A program made the translations under genes and the position numbers. The notes under the pieces were generated by a model. It ran no database searches and was not told the origin of the DNA. It saw nothing but the letters and a program-made list of their open reading frames with translations. Positions 55,532-64,000 of a DNA stretch of 64,000 bases are shown here, piece after piece (the first letter of the stretch is position 1; each line of letters begins with the position of its first letter). Source of the stretch: the human T2T-CHM13v2.0 reference genome, Homo sapiens; NCBI RefSeq assembly GCF_009914755.1, contig NC_060927.1. The stretch is one strand, 5' to 3'.

Positions 55532-58500
55532 TTTATTTTATTTTATTTTTATTAATTTTAAAAATTTTTAGTAGCTTTTGGGGGTACAAGTGGTTGTTGG
55601 CTACATGGATGAATTGTATAGTGGTGAAGTCTGAGATTTTAGTGACCCCATCACCTGAGTAGTGTACAATGTACCCAATATGTAGTTTTTTATCCCTCCC
55701 CCTCCCACCTTCCTTCTGAGTTTCCAAAGTCCCTTGTCACTCTGTATGCCTTTGTGTACCCATAGCTTAGCTCTCACTTATAAGTGAGAGCGTACAGTAC
55801 TTAGTTTTCCATTCCTGAGTTATTTAACTTAAAATAATGCCTCCAGCTCCATCCAAGTTGCTGCAAAAGATATTATTTCGTTCCTTTTTATGGCTTAGTA
55901 GTATTCCATGGTGTATATATATCACATTTTCTTTATCCACTCATTGGTCGATGGGCACTTAGGTTGGTTCCATATCTTTGCTGTTATGAATTGTGCTGCA
56001 ATAAATACACATGTGCAGGTATCCTTTTGATATATTTGCTGCTTTTCCTTTGGGTAGATACCCAGTAGTGGGATTGCTGGATCGAAAGGTAAACTTACTT
56101 TTAGTTCTTTAGGAAATCTCCATACTGTTTTTCATAGAGGTTGTACTAATTTACACTCCCACTAGCAGCGTATAAGTGTTCCTTTTTACCACGTCCATGC
56201 CCACATCTACTATTTTTTGACTTTTTAATAATTTTTTGACTTTTTACTCTTCCAGGAGTAAAGTGGTTTTAATTTACATTTCTCTGATGAATAGTGATGT
56301 TGAACATTTTTTCATGCATTTGTTGACCATTTGTACATATATCTTCTTTTGAGAAATGTCTATTCATGCCCGTTGTCCACTTTTTTGGTGGGATTATTTA
56401 TTTATTTTTTGCTGATTTGTTTGTGTTTCTTGTAGCTTCTGGATATTAGTCCTTTGTCAGATACAGTTTGCAAATATTTTCTCCCATTCTGTGGGTTGTC
56501 TGTTTACTCTCATGATTATTTCTTTTGCTGTACTGAGGCTTTTTAGTTTAATCAGTTCCCATTTACATATTTTTGTTTTTGTTGCATTTGCTTTTGGGGT
56601 CTTAGTTATGACTTCTTTGCCTAGGCCAATGTCCAGAAGAGTTTCTCCTACATTATTTTCTAGAATTTTTATAGTTTTTGTTCTTAGATTTAAGTCTTTG
56701 ATCCATCTTGAGTTGATTTTTATATAGGTGAGAAATAGGGATCCAGCTTTATTCTTCTGCATGTGGCTAGCCACTTTTCCAAGCACCATTTATTAAATAA
56801 GGTGTCCTTTCCCCAATTTATATTTCTGCATGCTTTGTTGAAGAAGTATTTGGTTTAATTCCAGGTTCTCAGTTATGGTTTATTGGTCTATGTGTCTACT
56901 TTTATACCAGTACCATGCTGTTTGGGTGATTATAGCCTTGTAGTATAATTTGAAGTCTGATAATGTGATACATCCAGATTTATTTTTTTTCTTAGGATTG
57001 CCTTGGCTACTTGGGCTCCTTTTTGGTTTCATATGAATTTAAGGATTTTTTTTCCTAATTCTGTGAAAAATGATATTGGTAGTTTAATAGGAATTGCATT
57101 AAATCTGTAGATTGGTTTGGGCAGTATGGTGATTTTTACAATATTGATTCTTCTAATCCATGAGCACGGAATGTATTTCCATTTGTTTGTGTCATCTCTG
57201 ATTTCTTTCAGCAGTATTTTGTAGGTTCTCCTTGTAGATATCTTTCACCTCCTTGGTTAAGTATATTCCTAGGTACTTTATTTTATTGTTTGCATATGTT
57301 GTAAAAGGGATTGAGTTCTTGATTTGATTCTCAGCTTGGTCATTGTTGGTGTATAGCAGTGATACTGATTTGTGTACATGGATTTTCTAACCTGAGACTT
57401 TACTGAATTTGTTTATCAAATCTAGGAGTCTTTTGGAGGAGACTTTAGGGTTTTTTAGGTATACAATCATATTATCAGTGAACAGCGATAGTTTGACTTC
57501 CTCTTTTCCAATTTGGATGCCCTTTATTTCCTTCTCTTGCCTAATTGCTCTGGTTAGGTCTTCCAGTACTATGTTGAATACAAACGGTGAAAGTGGGCAT
57601 CCTTGTCTTGTTCCAGTTCTTAAGGGGAATTCTTTCAACTTTTCCCCATTCCATATGGTGTTGGCTGTGGATTTGTCTTATATGACTTTTATTATTTTGA
57701 GGTAAGTCCCTTCTATGCCTAGTTTGTTGAGGGTTTTTATCATAAAGGAATGCTGGAATTTAATGAATGCTTTCTCTGCATCTGTTGAGATGATCACATG
57801 GTTTTGGTTTTTAATTCTGTTTATGTGATGTATCACATCACATAATGTATACACATTGACTTGTGTATGTTAAACTATGCCTGCATCCCTGGGATGAAAC
57901 TCACTGGATCATGGTGTATTATCATTTTGATGTGCTGTTGGATTTGGTTAGCTAGTATTTTGTTGAGGGTTTTTGCATCTATATTCATCAGGGATATTGG
58001 TCTGTAGTTTTCTTTTTTATTATGTCCTTTCCTGGTTTTGGTATTGGGATGATACTAGCTTCATATAATGAATTAGGGAGGATTCCCTCTTTCTCAATCT
58101 TTTGGAATAGTTTTAGTAGGATTGGTACCAGTTCTTCTTTGAATGTTTGGTAGAATTCAGGTATGAATCTATCTGGTCCTGGACTTTTTTTTTGTTGGCA
58201 GTTTTTTATATATTATTATTACCAGTTCAATCCTACAAGTTGTTATTCGTCTGTTCAGGGTTACTATTTCTTCCTGATTTATTCTAGGAGGGTTGTATGT
58301 TTTCAGGATTTATCCATTTTCTTTAGATTTTCTAGTTTGTGTGCATAAAACTATACATAGTAGTCTCCAATGATCTTTTGTATTTCTGTGGCATCAGTTG
58401 TAATGTCTCCAGTTTTATTTCTGATTGATCTTATTTGAATCATCCCTCTTCTTTTCTTGGTTAATCTAGCTAATGGCCTATCAGTTTTGTTTGTTCTTTC

Positions 58501-61500
58501 AAATAACGAACTTTTTGTTTCATTGATCTTTTGTATTTTCCTTGTTTCAAGTTCATTTATTTCTGCATTTCTTGTAGGGCTGATCTGGTAGTGACAAATT
58601 CCCTCAGCATTTGTTTGTTTGAAAATGCCTTTATTTCTCCTTCATCTATGAAACTTATTTTTGCTGGATGCAAAATTTGTGGCTGACAGTTATTCTGTGT
58701 AAGGAGGCTAAAGATGGGATCTCAGTCCCTTCTGGCTTGTAAGATTTCTGCTGAGAAGTTTGCTGTTATTCTAATAGGTTTTTCTTTATAGGTTACCTGA
58801 TTATTTTTGTCTCAGTGCTCTTAGAACTCTTTTCTTCATGTTACTTTAGATAGCTTGATGATTATATGCCTTTGTGATGTCCTTTTTGCAATTAATCTCC
58901 CCGTTCTTTGGGCTTCTTGTATTTGGATATCTGAATTTCTATCTAGCAAGACCAGGAAAGTTTTTTTCAGTTATTCTTTCAAATAAATTTTCCAAACTTT
59001 TTGCTTTCTCTTCTCCCTCAGGAACACCAATTATTCTTAGGTCTGGCCTTTTTACAAAGTCCCGTATTTCTTGGAGACTTCATTCATGTCTTTTGTCTTT
59101 ATTTTCATCTGATTGGGTTAATTTGAAGGCCTTGTCTTTGAGCTCTGACATTCTTTCCTCTACTTGTTCTAGTCTGTTGTTAACACTTTCTGCTGCATTT
59201 TGTAATTCCCTAAATATGTTTTTCATTTCCAGAAGTTCTGATTGATTTATCTGTAAAATGTCTGTCCTTTTAGAAAATTTTTCATTCATATCTTGAATTG
59301 TTTTAAAAATTTCTTTAGGTTGGTTTTCACATTTCTCTGATAACTCCTTGAGTAGCTTAATAATTAACCTTTTGAATTCTTCATCTGGTATTTCAAAGAC
59401 TTCATTTTGTTTTGGATCCATTGCTGGAGAGCTGGTGTGATCTTCTGTGGGTGTTATAGAACACTGTTTTGTCATCGTAACAGAATCATTGTTCTAGTTC
59501 CTTCTCATTTGGGTAGACTATTTCTTCTAATTATTATAAATTTATTTTTGATTTTACTTTTTTTTAAATTTCCTTTTTTCCCTCTTAAGGATGCGACTTT
59601 AATGTTTATAGTTTATTGTAGCCTAATTTGGCTTTTCGTGCTTTCATTGGTGAAGACTTTGTACGCATTCCTTGATTATAGACGTAGGCTGGCTTTCTCA
59701 GATGCCGGTTGTAGTAGCAATGTGCTCGGTGTGTGAGCAAGTTCATTGTCTCCTGTGTGGTTGGAATGGCAGAGGTCTCTTGAAGCTTATCTTATCCCTC
59801 TGTGGTGGGCACGTATTTATGTTTTTTTCCCAGTATTTTACTTACTGTTTTTATTTACTGGGTTGAATAGTTCAGGCTTCAGACCAGTAGGGGAGGTGTT
59901 CCTGGGTAGAAACCTGTTGTGGCTAAAGTAGGTGAGTGAATGCAATACTCAATGGTGGGCAGAGGTCCTAGCCTTGACACAGGTGACTGGGGGAGCTCTT
60001 AGTGAAACACACTGAGGTCTTATCATGGGGAAGGGTGGGAAACACCTCAGATCCCCTGCCAGTCCAGTAGGAAAGCAATCTACCTTTCAGACACACTCCT
60101 GTCCCAGTGTTTTTGCTATTCAGAGCAAACAGACACCTCTTTTCATTTGTGGTAATGTTGATGTTCCAAGTAGAGAGAAGTTGTGACTCTAACTGTCATG
60201 CAAGCTCCACCTGTGGAACACCCTGAAGTGTTCCAGGAAGGCTGTCTATAGCCACACCCACACCAAACTCCCATGGGAGAAGCCCTAGCTATGTCTGCAG
60301 TGGTGGATGAGGGGGAAAGAAGTCCCCTTCTCCAAGACCCTTCATGAGCCCCAGGGTTGCCTGACTGTTAGGGTAGAGCTGTAGACTTTCTCCACTGAGC
60401 CCAGCACTGCAACTGTGCCTCTGATGAAAGAAACTTCCCAGTAGCAGACAGATCTGAGACTCAAGGCCTGCTGTCCAGATTTTTTTGTCCCATGGGGTGT
60501 TCCCTTGTTGTGGCACACTCCCTCTTCCCCTAGGAGTAGGAGTCCCTGAGAGTCACATTACTGTGAATGCTGCTGCTCCTCTGGGTCTAGCCACCCAGTG
60601 GGGCTGCCTCACTCCAGGCTGGTGCTGGGGAATGCAAGGGATCTTGTGGTGTGACCTGCCCTCAAGTCTCCCAGTAGTGGGTACCAGCACCAGGTCTGAT
60701 GGGGGTGGCAGGGGAGTGACATAGACTCTGTGAGAGTCCTTGGTTATAAATAGCCTCAGTGCATTGGTTTTCTCAAGCGCCAGTTGTAGCAGTAATGAAC
60801 GGATCATCTGAGCAGTATCAGGACCTCCTGATTATCCAGGGTGTTGCAGGCAGTGGTCATAGCTGAGGTCACACACAAGTTTTCTCCTTCCTGGGTGCAG
60901 GGTTATTCTACCTGCAGATACTCTCATGAACTGTGTCTGTTAGCCTCCAGCCAGGAGGTGGCACTTGAAAAAGAGCACCAGCTGTGGTAGCAGCAGTAGG
61001 ATTTGTGTTTGCCTTATGTTACCCAGGGGAGGTATTCTAGTGTCTCAGGTGATGGATGGGGCTATAATGCTCCCAAATGTTTTTGTCCTTTGTATTAAGC
61101 TACTAGGATGGGTGGAAGGGCAAAGCCAGGTGGGGACTGGGTCAGGCAGGTCTGTCCTCTGGTTCCCCATGTGCAGGTCAAGCAGCAGCCCATGGCGGGG
61201 TTAGGAGGGTGGTTCTCTGGTCACTAGGGGTAATGTTACAGGAAGGAGCATAGTTGCCTCTGCTGCACAGAAGAGCTTGTGCAGGGAGTGGGGAGTAGCA
61301 GCAGCAGTAAGCTCATCCAACTCCACGCACTTGGGAAGGCAGGTCTCTCACTTGTAGTGTTCCACTAGTAGCAGCTAGCTAAGTTCCAAGTAGTCTACAC
61401 TCAAAACTCGAAAGTGCCCTAGGCCATAAGCCTTCCAGGGGAGATAGCAACTGAAAGTTTCAGGCCATGCCCATGCCCCTCCCAGTCTGTCTGCAAAGCT

Positions 61501-62047
61501 GGGGCACCCAGCTCCTGCACTCATGGCTGTAGCACACTTCCCACTTGCCCCCTGGTTCTGGCCAAGGGAGTTTGTCCCCACTTGAGATTATATTGTGAAT
61601 TTTAATTGGGAGCTTCTCTCAACCTGTGACTGCCGCCTGAGTTAGCTAGCAGACTTCTGTGAGGTCCTCTGTGTTTAGAATCAGAAATGGCTTCCCGCAG
61701 TCCATGCTGGAGACTGGAGATGCCCACAAGGCTCTTCCCACTGCTGTTCCTACTTTTATATTATCTACTGCTCCCTAAATCAGTACTGGGTAGGCTTAAG
61801 GCCTTCTTCCCCTGTGGATTGCATTGCCAGGTTCCTCAGTGGGGGTGTGTATCCTGTAGGCAGTTTTCCCCTTTTTCACACTCTGGGGACTTATAGCTTT
61901 GCCTGAAGCCTGCCTTGTGTTTCAAAGGGTCTGTGTTTTTTTTTTCAGTTTTCCTGTGAAGTTCCTTCATTGCTTCTTTGAATAAAGTTCACAATGTGAA
62001 TCCCTACACACTATTTTGTCTTTCCAAGTGGGAAAGGCATGCTAACA
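55532..62047 (-). mobile_element. Near full-length old LINE-1 (L1PB2-like 3' end) with internal deletion
   Basis: T-rich tail at 55532, L1PB-type 3' UTR, ORF2 fragments ([18 protein letters not shown]), ORF1 fragment at 59080-59475, GC-richer 5' UTR out to ~62047. Confidence 0.85.
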
Positions 62048-64000
62048 CTTAGTTCTAGGTTTGGGCAACTCCTTTGGGGGTTGAGACGTCTCTGAGGCCC
62101 TACATGTAGGACACCAATTATTGTTGATGAAAAGAGTCAAACTCTGCCGCTCTCTGTACCATGTGCTGCTCCATGCCCAAGGACTCTGAGGTGGCATTGT
62201 CTACAATGACCCCACGGAGCATGAGGGCACAGGCCTGGGCCTTCTTGATGGGGGTGACAACCTTGGCATCTCCAGGCTCCCCATGGGAATGTGACCCCCA
62301 CATCCAGCTTGGGCACCAGTGGGAGGAAGGCATGCCTCTTGAGTCTGTGGGAGGAGGTGGGCACTTTACTTAGGCTGACAGGCATGCAAGTGGAAGTGGC
62401 ATGGCTACTGCTCCTCTACTTCTCTGACTCCCAGCTGCCCCCACCTCTCCACCCAGGGCTCTCTGCATGCCTGACACCACCGCCTCCTTCCAACCATGGT
62501 CCTGGTCCCCTCTTCCCTCCCTGGCTGCTGTAGAGCCCTCCAGGCAGTGGTGGCAAACTTTACATAGAAGGAAGCTGCTAGCAAGCCTGCTGGGTGCCCA
62601 AGCCCCTCCACAGCCTGCCCTGTGTGCCACCTACCCAGTCCTTGCATCCTGATGCCCACGAGTGTACCTGTGCAACCCAGTAGGACTGCACAGTGACAGC
62701 TAGCTTTCCAGCATTTTAGACAGTCTGTTTCCCTATAGTTTACTCCCTGGCTCTGATTTGGTCTTGGTTATTCTGATGCTGAGTTTGGTCTTACGACCCC
62801 AATCACAGGTTCATTTTCCTAAAAGCCTATCTGTTCCCTAAATATGTAATGCTCTTTCATGCCCAGAGTCTATGCAATTTCTGTCCCCACTGCTTGGAAC
62901 ATACTTTTTCCAGCTCTTTCTCTGCATGGCAGAATTCTTCTTATCCTTCAGATCTTAGCTAAAATGTCATGTTCTGGGAGAGCTTTTTACTATCTAAAAA
63001 ACAATTTGCGCTATAATTTCTTACTAATGAAACTTCTTCACTTTACATTTTTCACAAAATCTATGTTTATCTATTATTTTGCTTGATTTTTATCTGTCTC
63101 ACCCACTAAAATATAAATCGAGGTCAGAGACCCTATCTGTCTTATTCTGTATGTCCTTGGGCCTAATGGTACCTTGCACATGTAGGCACTTAGCTGAATG
63201 AGAGATTGTCCTGTTTACCATCTAGGAAGGGAGGGAGACAAGTGGCTTGCTCTGCTGAGAGTACTGCTATCTCTCCCACCCAGCAGGATGGACTTTATTG
63301 CTGGATTTATGCAGACAATGACCACTGGCCTCTGAGGCAGTGATTGTTGGTGACTACCATCATGGATGGGCATAGAGAGAAATAGCTTGAGCCTTCAGCC
63401 CTCAAGGTCTTGGCTTTTGGTGTGTTCGGCTTCTCTATTGCTCCAACTCTCTAGCTTCCTTTCAAGAAGCAAGGTATATCTATGAGCAGATGTTGAGACA
63501 GAACATCTCAATTTCATGTTCACAGATCTTGATTCCTTTGAAATGAGATGTGTGTTCTTGAGGAGGATAAGGGAAAAGCATCTATTAGTGATCTTGCAGC
63601 CAACTTTTCACACAATGGTTAGAAGGAAAGTTCTGTATGATGTGGAAGTTAAGACATCAAATAAAAAAATGAGTGAATTATGGCTTGTCTTTGTCTTAAA
63701 AAACACTGTGTTGGATTGGTCTCTTTACTCACAATTTTATAGGAGTTGTTTTGTGATGACTGATCAAGTATTTTTGTTGTTATTGCAGTTCATTGGGAAT
63801 TATAGAAGTCAGCTTTTACTAGGTATTGCTGTAATAACAAAGAACCCTAAAATCTTAATGGCTCACAACAGCAAAGGTTTCTTTCTCATTTACAATATGT
63901 CACCTGTGAGTCAGTCTCAGCTCTTTTCCATCTTTATCCTGGGATCCAGGCTGAAGGAACAGTCCCTATTTGGGACATACTAATTTTATAGCAGAGGGAG

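Noticed and set aside
62050-62700. GC-richer block with overlapping ORFs beside the L1 5' end
   Set aside because: CpG-depleted with no coding signature; probably an old repeat I cannot assign
63516-63983. 155-aa ORF at window end
   Set aside because: No recognisable domain or splice context; its 3' part looks like MLT1-type LTR sequence

Overview
Human (primate) genomic DNA, recognisable as the MFSD1 locus (3q25). The complete 16-exon MFSD1 gene lies on the + strand (ATG 4079, TGA 30864-30866). Splicing its GT-AG exons by hand gives 1398 nt = 465 aa, behind a CpG-island promoter with two CLEAR/E-box motifs. Downstream on the - strand is an intronless P2Y-like GPCR pseudogene (GPR79, ~42880-43965). 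The rest is mostly repeats: about 13 Alus (one AluYa5), two L1s, MaLR/ERVL LTRs, L2, MIR, MER3 and a 5S rRNA pseudogene, plus a strong CTCF motif. I see no convincing wholly new biological system. The best observations are: (1) an L1 in intron 7 with both a 5' inversion and a ~264-nt 3' transduction, inserted into a tandem copy of a ~50-nt sequence templated from 1.5 kb upstream; (2) a last intron whose retention or removal gives the same protein (GAG TAA vs GA|A TGA), with a poly(A) hexamer right after the intronic stop; (3) two apparently compensating frameshifts in GPR79 that leave a stop-free 361-codon ORF. Repeat subfamily calls and old-repeat boundaries come from remembered consensus sequences and are approximate.
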